DNA of 31,594 bases, taken from Sulfurimonadaceae bacterium (GTDB taxonomy: Bacteria; Campylobacterota; Campylobacteria; Campylobacterales; Sulfurimonadaceae). The DNA is taken from positions 1-31,594 of the forward strand of contig JBFEYF010000001.1 in the NCBI GenBank assembly GCA_041562295.1, given 5' to 3'. Positions within the stretch are counted from its first letter, which is position 1, and the number at the start of each line of letters is the position of its first letter. The notes beneath the pieces are model-generated. The model was not told the origin of the DNA, ran no database searches, and was given only the letters and a program-made list of their open reading frames with translations. Made by a program: the position numbers and the translations under genes. Below, piece after piece: positions 8,622 through 18,096 of this stretch.

Positions 8622-11609
8622 ATGCAGGGCTTCAACAGTAAGCAGATCTATTTTCTTTTCTCATTTTTTGGCTTGGTTATCGTTATACTCTATTACATCG
8701 TCAGCTATCTTCAACTGGGAGGAAACCTGGAGACACGTTTCCTGCAATCGGCACAAAAGCAGCTAAATTTTCATGAAGCGATGATAAAAAGCCGTATCGA
8801 GCACTACCACCGCGAAGTCCAGACCCTTGCCAAAAGCCCTCTGTTTAGTGAGTGTATCCAAGGGTATCAAAAGAAGCATCCCGACCTTATCAAAAAGGCC
8901 CATGAGTATCTGCTTGACCGTGCAAAATCGCATGATGATATGATGCAGATACGCTACATCGACAATAATGGCCAGGAGCAGCTAAGGGTAGAACGTCACG
9001 ATATCGCTGCACCCCCTTTCATCATCAGTGACAAAAAACTGCAAAACAAAAAAAAGCGCTACTATGTCAAGGAGATTGCTCAGCTTCCCCAAGGTGCCGT
9101 ACTCTACACGCCGATAGACCTCAATATCGAGCACGGCAAGATCGTCCGTCCGTTACAGCCGACCATGCGTATCGGAACCCCACTCTTTATTAACGGTAAA
9201 CGCAGCGGTATGCTCGTCATAAACATCTTTATGCAGAAGTTTCTCAGACAGTTTCAGGACTCTGCTATGTATCACCTCTACATGACCGATGCCAGGGGAA
9301 ATTTCATCCTGCACACCAATACTATCTACAACTGGTCGCGGGAACTGGGCAAAAAGCACACGCTTCATGATGAGATGCCCGAGGTCGCATCAGCTATTTT
9401 GGCGTCCGAGTCGTTCAGTAATGACCACCTCTTTTCAAAGCGGCTCTTCTTTGCCCCCTCCTCCCAATATTTCCTAGTAGCCCAACTCAATACAGCCCTT
9501 ATAAACAGCCAAAAGTCGGAACTCAATCGTGAATTTATGCTCATAGCACTGATCGTCATCCTGATCTCCTTACCCTTCGGTTTGAGTATTGCCCGCCGTT
9601 TCGAACTGCTCTCATCCCGTTTACGTGCCATCATCAACAGCCTGGGAGACGGTCTGTTTATCCTTGATAAAAATGAGAAGACCTCCTATGTCAATAACAA
9701 GGCTGTCGAACTTTTGGAGTACTCATCTGCTGAGTTGCTCAACCGGCGTAACCATAAACTTCTTCAACATGGCGACAGCGAAGGCAACTATATCGATGAA
9801 GAAGATTGCCCGATCCATCACTCTAACCAGACCATGCAGCAGGTACACAGGGATGACAACACCTTTGTAACCAAAAGCGGCCGCCTTATTCACGTAGAGT
9901 ACACAACGACTCCGTTACTGGTCCATAACAGCTATGAGGGTTCTATAACGCTCTTTAAAGATATCACCTCCCGTAAACTGCTTGAAGCGGATCTGAAAAA
10001 CGTGACACAGAGTTTACGAAACGAAAGGAACCTCTTTGTCACCGGCCCCGTCATCGTCTTCACCTGGAAAAACGAAGACAACTGGCCGGTTCACTATGTA
10101 TCCCCGAATGTAGCCGATCTATTCGGATATAGTGATCTTACCTTTATCGAGGGGAGTGTCAGCTATCCGGAAGTGATCCACCCCGAAGATATCGAACGGG
10201 TAACCAAAGAGGTTGAAAAAGCGATCGCTGACAACAAAGAGACTTTGATCCATCAACCCTACCGTATCATCTCCAAAGAGGGACATATCCACTGGGTTTA
10301 TGACAAGACGACAATCGTACGTGAAGAGTCCGGAGAATCGATCCAACTGCATGGCTATATTATCGATATCACTGAGCAAAAAGAGCTTGAAGAGGGTCTT
10401 AAACATTCTGAAAGCAAATACCGTCATCTGGTTGAAAACACTGTGACCGGTGTCTTTCAAATCGATGAAACAGGCAAGCTGCTTTATGCCAATGAAGCGT
10501 TGCTCAACATCCTTGACTGTGAGGAGCCCGACCATATTTATGATGATGGAAACAACTACATCTTCAGACGTATCAAAGACCGTGATACCTTTGTTACGAC
10601 ATTGAAAAACGAGGAAAAGGTCGACAGTTACGAATTCCTTTTACGCACCCACAAAGAGAAGACCAAGAATGTTGTCATAAGTGCCCAATACCTTGACGGT
10701 ATCATCTCGGGTATGATGATCGATATGAGTGATGTCGTCATAGCCGAAAAAGAGATCGAAAAACTTTCCAAAGTGATCGAACAGATCGATGATATTGTTA
10801 CGATTACCGATACTACCGGTGTCATCACCTATGTCAACCAGGCATTCTCCCGTTTTACCGGCTACTCCAAAGAGGATGCTATAGGACGGACACCGCGTCT
10901 TTACAAGTCGGATAAGCACTCTAAGCTTGATATGCAAAAACTGTGGGAGACGATCCTCGAAGGCAATGTCTACAGAGGCGTCATCATCAACAAGAAAAAA
11001 AGCGGTGAGCTCTTTTATGAAGAGAAGACGATCACACCGCTTACCAATGAGTATGGCACAACCATCGCCTATGTATCCACAGGCAAAGATATCACAGACC
11101 GGGTCGAAATGGAGATCAAGCTGGAGCGGTTGGCATCGACCGATTATCTTACCGGACTCTACAACCGCTTCAAGTTTGAAGAACTATTTGAAAAAGAGTC
11201 CAACCGTAGCCACCGCTATGAAGTACCGCTTTCTCTGATCATGTTCGATATCGACTATTTTAAAAAGATCAACGACACCTATGGGCATGATATCGGAGAT
11301 TTAGCACTTAAAGAGCTCACCAAACTGGTCGCGTCCCATATCCGCCAATCCGATGTCTTTGCACGCTGGGGCGGTGAAGAGTTTATGCTGCTGACACCTG
11401 AAATAGACAAAGATGCGGCCTTCATGCTTGCTGAAAAGCTGCGTAAAGCGATCAGCAAGTTTGCCTTTACCGAAGTGGGACATATCAACTGCAGTTTCGG
11501 TGTTGTAGAGCTTCAACAAGAGGATACCTTTAATACACTCTCCCAACGTGTCGATAAGGCACTCTATCAAGCCAAAGAGGGTGGAAGAAACCGAACCGAA
11601 ATCTTATAA
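8622..11609 (+). CDS. Sensor diguanylate cyclase: TM-Cache-TM-4xPAS-GGDEF
   Basis: Two TM helices flank a periplasmic domain (YTPIDLNIEHGKIVRPLQPTMRIGTP). Four PAS-like repeats (YVNNKA, YVSPNV..IHPED, YANEAL, YVNQAFSRFTGYS). C-terminal TDYLTGLYNR...RQSD...RWGGEEF. Confidence 0.92.
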   Translation: MQGFNSKQIYFLFSFFGLVIVILYYIVSYLQLGGNLETRFLQSAQKQLNFHEAMIKSRIEHYHREVQTLAKSPLFSECIQGYQKKHPDLIKKAHEYLLDRAKSHDDMMQIRYIDNNGQEQLRVERHDIAAPPFIISDKKLQNKKKRYYVKEIAQLPQGAVLYTPIDLNIEHGKIVRPLQPTMRIGTPLFINGKRSGMLVINIFMQKFLRQFQDSAMYHLYMTDARGNFILHTNTIYNWSRELGKKHTLHDEMPEVASAILASESFSNDHLFSKRLFFAPSSQYFLVAQLNTALINSQKSELNREFMLIALIVILISLPFGLSIARRFELLSSRLRAIINSLGDGLFILDKNEKTSYVNNKAVELLEYSSAELLNRRNHKLLQHGDSEGNYIDEEDCPIHHSNQTMQQVHRDDNTFVTKSGRLIHVEYTTTPLLVHNSYEGSITLFKDITSRKLLEADLKNVTQSLRNERNLFVTGPVIVFTWKNEDNWPVHYVSPNVADLFGYSDLTFIEGSVSYPEVIHPEDIERVTKEVEKAIADNKETLIHQPYRIISKEGHIHWVYDKTTIVREESGESIQLHGYIIDITEQKELEEGLKHSESKYRHLVENTVTGVFQIDETGKLLYANEALLNILDCEEPDHIYDDGNNYIFRRIKDRDTFVTTLKNEEKVDSYEFLLRTHKEKTKNVVISAQYLDGIISGMMIDMSDVVIAEKEIEKLSKVIEQIDDIVTITDTTGVITYVNQAFSRFTGYSKEDAIGRTPRLYKSDKHSKLDMQKLWETILEGNVYRGVIINKKKSGELFYEEKTITPLTNEYGTTIAYVSTGKDITDRVEMEIKLERLASTDYLTGLYNRFKFEELFEKESNRSHRYEVPLSLIMFDIDYFKKINDTYGHDIGDLALKELTKLVASHIRQSDVFARWGGEEFMLLTPEIDKDAAFMLAEKLRKAISKFAFTEVGHINCSFGVVELQQEDTFNTLSQRVDKALYQAKEGGRNRTEIL

Positions 11610-11621
11610 AGGGAGCCGTAG

Positions 11622-12440
11622 ATGAAAGTCATTGCAGCGATCAACGGTACGATCACAGCCGAAAGTATGGCATTTTATGCTCTGAAGTTTGCGCAGATCC
11701 AACAACTCCCGCTGGTGCTTTTACACATCGAAAACAGCAAAGACGCTATAGAAGATGTGCAAGCCAGCATCAAACGTATCCAGACTATCGCGGTCTCCGA
11801 ATCTGTCGAGACCGAAAGTATCATCCTCAAGGGGGATCTTCAAAAAGTCCTCAAAGAGTATCTGGACTCTGTCTTTGCCGATGTGATCTTTTGCAGTACC
11901 CGAAAAAAGAAACGTTTTATCAGCCACTCTTTTAGCGAAGCCCTGACAAAGATGGATCTTAATGTCGATATCGCAATTGTCAGAATCGTGAATATCGGCA
12001 AGATCGTCGATCTTAACCATATCCTCCTCTCTATCCAAAAAGATAAACTCTCCGTCAAAAAGTTCACCTTCTTTTCTACCCTGGCATCCGCATACCAGGC
12101 TGACGGGGAGATCTACTCGGTATCCAACCTTACCAAAAACGAACTGGCCCATGTCGACATACATCAGGTCAGAGACAAACTCGGTAGCATCAACTACAAC
12201 CTAAGGCACTATATAAAACTCTCCCACTATATGCCTTTTTCACTGCATATCAAACATGACTTTACGACCAACGAGGCCCAAAGCATACTCTCCCATATCG
12301 CAAAGTCCGATTGCCAACTGGTTATCATCGGGGCAAAAAGGCTCTCTGTCACTTCCCTGTTCAAACGGGAGATGCCGATCGAAGAGTTGATGCGTGAAGC
12401 ATCGGTAAACACTATAGCCTACTATCCCAAAGAGGATTAA
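11622..12440 (+). CDS. Universal stress protein (tandem USP-like domains)
   Basis: MKVIAAINGT...LVLLHIE...SIILKGD and C-terminal CQLVIIGAKR...ELMREASVNTIAY match the USP alpha/beta pattern. Confidence 0.7.
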   Translation: MKVIAAINGTITAESMAFYALKFAQIQQLPLVLLHIENSKDAIEDVQASIKRIQTIAVSESVETESIILKGDLQKVLKEYLDSVFADVIFCSTRKKKRFISHSFSEALTKMDLNVDIAIVRIVNIGKIVDLNHILLSIQKDKLSVKKFTFFSTLASAYQADGEIYSVSNLTKNELAHVDIHQVRDKLGSINYNLRHYIKLSHYMPFSLHIKHDFTTNEAQSILSHIAKSDCQLVIIGAKRLSVTSLFKREMPIEELMREASVNTIAYYPKED

Positions 12441-12442
12441 CC

Positions 12443-15124
12443 ATGGATCTGTTTAAACTTGATAAACACGGCCTCTTTGAGAAGTTTCATACCGGTGAAG
12501 AGGGGCTGACCCAAATAAAAGCCCAGCGCCGTCTGGCAGACTTCGGTCCCAATGAGATCGAAAGCGGCAAAAAAAAGAACTACCTGCAGGAGTATTTCCG
12601 CCAATATGTGCAGTTCTTTGCTATCTTACTCGAAGTGGCGGCCTTTCTGGCCTTTATCGCCAACTACTATGTCCCCAATGAAGGTAACGACATCCTGGGT
12701 TACGCGATCATCGTAGCCGTCATCATCAATGCCACGTTTACCTTCTGGCAGGAGTATAAAGCTGATAAGGCGATGGAAGCACTGCTGCGGCTGATGCCGA
12801 CGATGGTAAGCGTCTTACGTGACGGCGAACAGCATACGATCGATGCCAAAGAGCTTGTCCCCGGAGATATCATCATCCTTGAAGAGGGGGATAAGATCGC
12901 TGCGGATGCCGTATTGATTGAGAATACGACACTCTATATCAATACCTCCGCTCTTAACGGCGAATCCAAGCCATCACGCCGTGAGCTTCATGATTCAGGG
13001 GTGACACGGGCACTGGATGCAAGAAATATGGTCTTTGCCGGTACCAGTGTCGTTTCAGGCAGCGGTGTTGCGGTCGTTGTCGCTACGGGACAGGCTACAG
13101 AGTTCGGTAAGATTGCAACGCTGACCCGAAATGTCCAAAAGACCCTCACCCCGATGCAAAAAGAGGTGATCCGTATCACCCATATCCTGACCGTGATCGC
13201 ATTGGCCATGGGTGTCGTCTTCTTTGTTTTGGGCATGTTTTCGGATCAGAGTCTTCTTATGGCGGCCATATTCGCCCTCTCACTTATCGTAGCCAATGTA
13301 CCCGAGGGGTTGCTCCCCACCATCACCCTCTCCCTATCGCTTGCCAGCCAGCGCATGGCAAAACGTAACGCCCTGATCAAAAACCTGGACTCGGTTCAGA
13401 CACTGGGGAGTGCTACCGTTATCTGTACCGACAAGACAGGGACCCTCACCCGCAATGAGATGACACTAAAAGAGCTTACCTTAGCGGGTGGAGAGCATGT
13501 GACGATCAGCGGAGAGGGATATGCGACCGAAGGGGAGTTTAGTTTTGATACGACCAACGACTCTTCATCCGAACGCCTGGATGAACTGCTGTTAGCAGGT
13601 ATCTTAAACTCCCGCGCCGTCATCGATGAACAAAGCGTCTTTGGGGACCCGACCGAACTGGCGATCGTCGCGGCAGCCAAAAAACGGCAGATCGATCTCA
13701 GCAGCTGTGTCAAAGTCGATGAGATCCCTTTTACCAGTGAACGCAAGATGATGTCCTCGGTTTGCACCAATCACAATAAAAACATCCTCTATACCAAAGG
13801 TGCAGCCGAAGTCATTTTTGAAAAGTCTTCGCACTTTTTGGATACAGACGGCAGGGTCAAACCTTTTGATGATACGGCTAAAAAACGGATGCAAAAGAGT
13901 GCCGAAGCCTTTGAAGATGAAGCCTACAGAGTCTTGGCTATTGCAAAAAACAACGAGGTCAATGAAGAGGGACTGACACTGTTGGGACTTGTGGCTATTA
14001 TGGACCTGCCCCGTGCCGAAGTCAAAGAGGCCATTTCCCAATGTAAGAGTGCCGGTATCCGTACGATGATGATCACAGGTGATAATCCCAAAACAGCCCA
14101 GGCTATTGCTCGCAAGATCGGGCTTGATTTTGATGCTGTTTTGACCGGGCTTGAAGTGGAGAGCCTCAGCGAAGATGCCCTTCAAGAACGGCTGAAAAAC
14201 GAGACCATCCTCTTTGCCAGAATGGCCAGTAACCAAAAACTCAAGATCGCTTCGGCACTCCAAAAAAACGGTGAAGTCGTGGCGATGACCGGGGACGGGG
14301 TCAATGATGCCCCGGCACTCAAACGTGCCGATATCGGTATCGCCATGGGTCAAACGGGAACCGATGTGGCCAAAGAGGCTGCCGATATGATCTTGCTGGA
14401 TGACAATTTCCGTTCGATCGTCTCCGCTATCGAAGAGGGGCGAACCGTCTACTTCAATATCAAGAAGTTTGTCACCTATATCCTCTCCTCTAATGTACCG
14501 GAGATCGTCCCCTATATCCTGCAGTTTTTCTTTAAGATCCCGCTGCCCCTTTCTGTTATCCAGATCCTCTCTATCGACCTGGGTTCGGATATGCTCCCGG
14601 GACTCGCTTTGGGAAGTGAAAAGCCCGAGAAGAATATCATGAAACGGCCGCCTGTGGGGACCCAGGAGAAGATCCTCGACTGGGAGGTCTTTAAACGGGG
14701 CTACTTCTTTATCGGGGTCATCGAAGCGACAGCCGCCATGGTTGCTTTTATCAGTTTCTTGCTTCTTCACGGCTGGCAGTACGGTACCGTTGATCTCAAC
14801 GACCCCTACCTGCACTCTCAGGCTATGACGATGACCCTTCTGGGGGCCATCAGCTGCCAGCTGATGAATGTCTGGACAATGCGCAGCTGGGAGTTTTCCG
14901 CCTGGAGTGTCGGATGGACGAGCAATAAGCTACTAATAGGTGCGATGGCGATGGAGTTTTTCTGGATCTATATGCTGCTTACCTGGGAGCCTGTACAGAA
15001 GGTCTTCCATACCGCGGACGTACCTTTTACCGATCTGTGGATCCTGCTGCCCTTCCCTATCATCCTCTTTACCAGCCACGAACTCTATAAATGGCGGGTA
15101 CGCGTTAAAAAGGGCATCGCCTAA
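12443..15124 (+). CDS. Cation-transporting P-type ATPase, P2C (Na+/K+, H+/K+)-like
   Basis: DKTGTLT phosphorylation site, NGES, KGAAE, TGDN, GDGVNDAPALK. M4 IVANVPEGLL, M5 YILSSNVPE, M6 IDLGSDMLP. Confidence 0.92.
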   Translation: MDLFKLDKHGLFEKFHTGEEGLTQIKAQRRLADFGPNEIESGKKKNYLQEYFRQYVQFFAILLEVAAFLAFIANYYVPNEGNDILGYAIIVAVIINATFTFWQEYKADKAMEALLRLMPTMVSVLRDGEQHTIDAKELVPGDIIILEEGDKIAADAVLIENTTLYINTSALNGESKPSRRELHDSGVTRALDARNMVFAGTSVVSGSGVAVVVATGQATEFGKIATLTRNVQKTLTPMQKEVIRITHILTVIALAMGVVFFVLGMFSDQSLLMAAIFALSLIVANVPEGLLPTITLSLSLASQRMAKRNALIKNLDSVQTLGSATVICTDKTGTLTRNEMTLKELTLAGGEHVTISGEGYATEGEFSFDTTNDSSSERLDELLLAGILNSRAVIDEQSVFGDPTELAIVAAAKKRQIDLSSCVKVDEIPFTSERKMMSSVCTNHNKNILYTKGAAEVIFEKSSHFLDTDGRVKPFDDTAKKRMQKSAEAFEDEAYRVLAIAKNNEVNEEGLTLLGLVAIMDLPRAEVKEAISQCKSAGIRTMMITGDNPKTAQAIARKIGLDFDAVLTGLEVESLSEDALQERLKNETILFARMASNQKLKIASALQKNGEVVAMTGDGVNDAPALKRADIGIAMGQTGTDVAKEAADMILLDDNFRSIVSAIEEGRTVYFNIKKFVTYILSSNVPEIVPYILQFFFKIPLPLSVIQILSIDLGSDMLPGLALGSEKPEKNIMKRPPVGTQEKILDWEVFKRGYFFIGVIEATAAMVAFISFLLLHGWQYGTVDLNDPYLHSQAMTMTLLGAISCQLMNVWTMRSWEFSAWSVGWTSNKLLIGAMAMEFFWIYMLLTWEPVQKVFHTADVPFTDLWILLPFPIILFTSHELYKWRVRVKKGIA

Positions 15125-15130
15125 GCCTAG

Positions 15131-15158
15131 AGGCTTCTTGCACTTTTTGCAAGAGCCT
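15131..15158. terminator. Hairpin after the P-type ATPase stop, possible intrinsic terminator
   Basis: aggct(t)cttgca-ctttt-tgcaagagcct, an 11-bp stem with one bulge, 6 nt after the stop codon. No clear U tract. Confidence 0.45.
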
Positions 15159-15412
15159 GAAAGTGCTTCAACGTGACACAGCTTTCAACATCAAACTTAT
15201 ACCGATTTACTTATGAGCTGAACAGATGAGGGTTGCACAGACGCCATTATATCTGCCCGCCATGAGAGCTATCGCTATGAGAACAGGCATGGTTGAGATC
15301 ATTTGTATGCGATTTGAGAGTGCTTCAAAAGCGTTCTTTAACTCTTTATCAAAGCCAGTGTCTCTTAAGTCTCTTCTGTTGAAAAGTAATGAGGGAGATA
15401 AAAGTATTATGC

Positions 15413-15440
15413 AGAGGTAGCCTACCTCTTATCGAGGTAG
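15413..15440 (-). terminator. Hairpin downstream of the multiheme cytochrome gene
   Basis: gaggtag / ctacctc / gaggtag arms. The minus strand can form ctacctc-gataa-gaggtag 18 nt after the stop at 15459. Confidence 0.35.
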
Positions 15441-15458
15441 ACGAAAGAAGATGGGTGC

Positions 15459-17834
15459 TTACTCAGCACTCCATCCTGTTTTAACAACTTTCTGTGCATC
15501 TTTATACGGGAACTTTTTAAGTAGATCACGAACTGAAAGTTTCTGATCTCCGTCACGCATGTTGTGCATCAGTGTCACAGCAGCCCAATAGTCCTCAGCG
15601 TACTTCGTACCTTTAAGCTGTACCGGAACACCTTTTTCATTAACCTGGTGACATGCCGCACAGGTTACAGGACCTGCATATTTACCGTCAGGGCTGTACT
15701 GTAGTGCCTGAGCGTGTGTAGTCGGGTCAACAGTCGCGTCATCACTGCCGTTATACGTTGTAGAGTACAGACCGTGAATCGATTCGTGACAAGACTGACA
15801 TGCCAGATTGCCGTGTGCTTTAGAGTAGCGGTAGAGTGAATATTTCTTCGGCTGGTCAACCGGGAAGTATTTACCACCTTCAGACTCGACAAACGGAGCG
15901 ATATGACAATCCGCACAGTGAGGCTCAGATGCAGACAACCACCAGTCCGAACCGCCTGATGCCGCTTCATACGGAACCGCACCGCCATCTTTATACCACT
16001 CTACAAGTTTCAGACCTTTCTTAGCCGCATTCTTAACAAGTACCTGACCTTTGTGCTCTGTATAGAACTTAGCAATCGGGTTGTCACCTTTAGAGGTAGG
16101 ATCCGTATAGTGCGTCTGGAATTTCTTCTTGTCACCTTTAGCGACCACTTTGATGATCTCACGCAATGTTTTGTTACGCAGCGTCTGACCTTTTTGCTGG
16201 GCGGCATTTTCGATCTTATCATGTTTGTAAAGATCCTGAGTCAACTGGTTGTGACAGTTTGTACAGTAAAGACCACGGATTTTACCGTCGCTTAGATCTT
16301 TACCTTTTTCGTCTTTGCGGCTTACTGTTTTATAGTAGTGCTTACCGATCTCATTGAGGAAAAATGGCGGTTTGGCATTCGGATTGGTATGGGCATCACG
16401 TCCGAGGAAACATCCGCCGCTGGCTACACGCACATCCTGGTCGGAGTAGTTTGCATTACCTTCACTGTCGATAAACGCGTTAGGTGCGTCTACACCGTTT
16501 TGACGTGCATCTTGCCAGTGTGTCGGGTGACAGGCCTGACATGCCTGGCTACGTCCAGCAGCATCCGGCATCGGTACCATAGCAAGGTGAAATCCGTGGA
16601 TCGCTTCTGTTAAAGGCTTCGCTTTAACCGCTTTATAACCCGTTACACCTACACGAGGCTCTTTTAGGTTACCGGAGATGTTGTCACCGTGACAGTCTGC
16701 ACAGTTAACCGGTCCTGTTTTACCCAGACGTCCGCTTGACGCATTGTCACGGTAATCAGATAGGAATGTCGTACCGTGGTGCTTGTCATGAAGGGATAGG
16801 ATATTGATCGATCCCTCAGATAGACGGGCCATATAGTCAGACATATCCGGGTAGTTCTTCTTCCAGTAGTTGAACTCTCTGTCGGAGTAGTTTAGACCTT
16901 CACTGCGTGCCATCTTGGCAGCTACCCCGTTACGGGAGTGACAGCTGTAACAGTTCGGGATATCAACCGGGTTGGTACCGAAATATTCTACAAGTTTGCC
17001 GTCTTCAGTGATCGCGTTACCCTTGTTGTCATGCAGCTGAACTTTAGACTTTTGGAACGGGTGGAAATCTTTTTCCGTAATGCTACGGATCGTTCCCGTA
17101 CGTTCACTGTCGTAAAATGCCGTTAACGGAAGCCCCAGTGCATCCCACACATGTGACGCAGTCAATACGATCGGAATGTTTTTAACAGGATCGACCAGAG
17201 TATCGACGAATACGACGTTACTTCCCGACTCGTCTGCATAGTCCATCTCTCCGCCTGCCATATGCTTACCGCTTGGGCCCGCATCGATCGCTACGTTGAT
17301 CTCTTTACCGACGTGCAGACGGTCTTTTTCTGTCGCACCCTTTGGAATCGTTCCTTCAAGGTCTTTATAGATAAAAAGGTGTTTCCACACATAGTTGGCG
17401 ATGTTATCACCCGGATCATCCATACGTCCGTTACCGTCAACGTCTTTGGCGACGCTCCAGTATTTCATCTTGTTACCTTCACTGTAGGTATTGTCCTCAG
17501 TCAAATAGCGAAGCTTGACCTTGTCCTTAGGACTTAACAGTTTAGGCAGAGCCCCTTTTTTGCTGGTTTTAATAGCCTGGGCCTGAATCGAGTTGTAGGG
17601 AGGGATCACACAACAATAGGCGATATCGAACCCGACACAGTGCATACCGAGTTCATAATTGATGAAGATATTATAATCTTTGGCAGGATTATAAACCGTC
17701 TCTTTGGACTTCTTGTCTCTGTTCTTTTCTAAAAGCTTGAACGGAGGGTTGGTGTCATAAGCAGAGAGTGAATTGACCATTAAGGCACTCACAACCGCGG
17801 CAACACCCAACTTGAGGGAAACGAAACCTTTCAT
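15459..17834 (-). CDS. Secreted multiheme c-type cytochrome (7 CxxCH motifs)
   Basis: Sec-type signal peptide (MKGFVSLKLGVAAVVSALMVNSLSA). CYSCH, CADCH, CQACH, CTNCH, CADCH, CQSCH and CAACH motifs. AAGGAG RBS. Confidence 0.9.
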   Translation of the reverse strand: MKGFVSLKLGVAAVVSALMVNSLSAYDTNPPFKLLEKNRDKKSKETVYNPAKDYNIFINYELGMHCVGFDIAYCCVIPPYNSIQAQAIKTSKKGALPKLLSPKDKVKLRYLTEDNTYSEGNKMKYWSVAKDVDGNGRMDDPGDNIANYVWKHLFIYKDLEGTIPKGATEKDRLHVGKEINVAIDAGPSGKHMAGGEMDYADESGSNVVFVDTLVDPVKNIPIVLTASHVWDALGLPLTAFYDSERTGTIRSITEKDFHPFQKSKVQLHDNKGNAITEDGKLVEYFGTNPVDIPNCYSCHSRNGVAAKMARSEGLNYSDREFNYWKKNYPDMSDYMARLSEGSINILSLHDKHHGTTFLSDYRDNASSGRLGKTGPVNCADCHGDNISGNLKEPRVGVTGYKAVKAKPLTEAIHGFHLAMVPMPDAAGRSQACQACHPTHWQDARQNGVDAPNAFIDSEGNANYSDQDVRVASGGCFLGRDAHTNPNAKPPFFLNEIGKHYYKTVSRKDEKGKDLSDGKIRGLYCTNCHNQLTQDLYKHDKIENAAQQKGQTLRNKTLREIIKVVAKGDKKKFQTHYTDPTSKGDNPIAKFYTEHKGQVLVKNAAKKGLKLVEWYKDGGAVPYEAASGGSDWWLSASEPHCADCHIAPFVESEGGKYFPVDQPKKYSLYRYSKAHGNLACQSCHESIHGLYSTTYNGSDDATVDPTTHAQALQYSPDGKYAGPVTCAACHQVNEKGVPVQLKGTKYAEDYWAAVTLMHNMRDGDQKLSVRDLLKKFPYKDAQKVVKTGWSAE

Positions 17835-17864
17835 AACTACTCCTTATATTTTTGCAACAGATCG

Positions 17865-17870
17865 ATTATA
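17865..17870 (-). promoter_or_regulatory. -10 element for the cytochrome gene
   Basis: TATAAT on the minus strand 30 nt upstream of the ATG at 17834. Confidence 0.35.
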
Positions 17871-17937
17871 AAGTTTTTAGTCAAAAAAATCAAGAATTAT
17901 ATAAGTTTTTATAATTTAGGCACAAATTCTTTTTTTT

Positions 17938-17958
17938 TGTGATAACAATGTGATAACA
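17938..17958. repeat. Direct repeat TGTGATAACA x2 (11-bp period), candidate operator
   Basis: Perfect 10-mers at 17938-17947 and 17949-17958, midway between the divergent genes. Confidence 0.6.
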
Positions 17959-18060
17959 CCGACAGTATCGGGATCTTGAGAATATTTCACAGCCATAAAA
18001 GCAGTAAAAAAGTCTCTGGGATATTAAGATGTAAAGATTTTCACCAAATCAGAAAATACA

Positions 18061-18069
18061 TGCTACAAT
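18061..18069 (+). promoter_or_regulatory. Extended -10 (TGcTACAAT) of the hydrogenase/hyp operon
   Basis: TGCTACAAT 27 nt upstream of the ATG at 18097; GAGGAG RBS at 18086-18091. Confidence 0.55.
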
Positions 18070-18096
18070 AACTCTATCCATTACCGAGGAGTCAAG

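Noticed and set aside
13604-14815. 403-aa minus-strand ORF
   Set aside because: Lies entirely antisense to the P-type ATPase and has no recognisable motifs.
15180-15420. Possible small ORF in the ATPase-cytochrome gap (plus 64 aa, or an open minus frame)
   Set aside because: No convincing RBS/start pair or recognisable motif on either strand.
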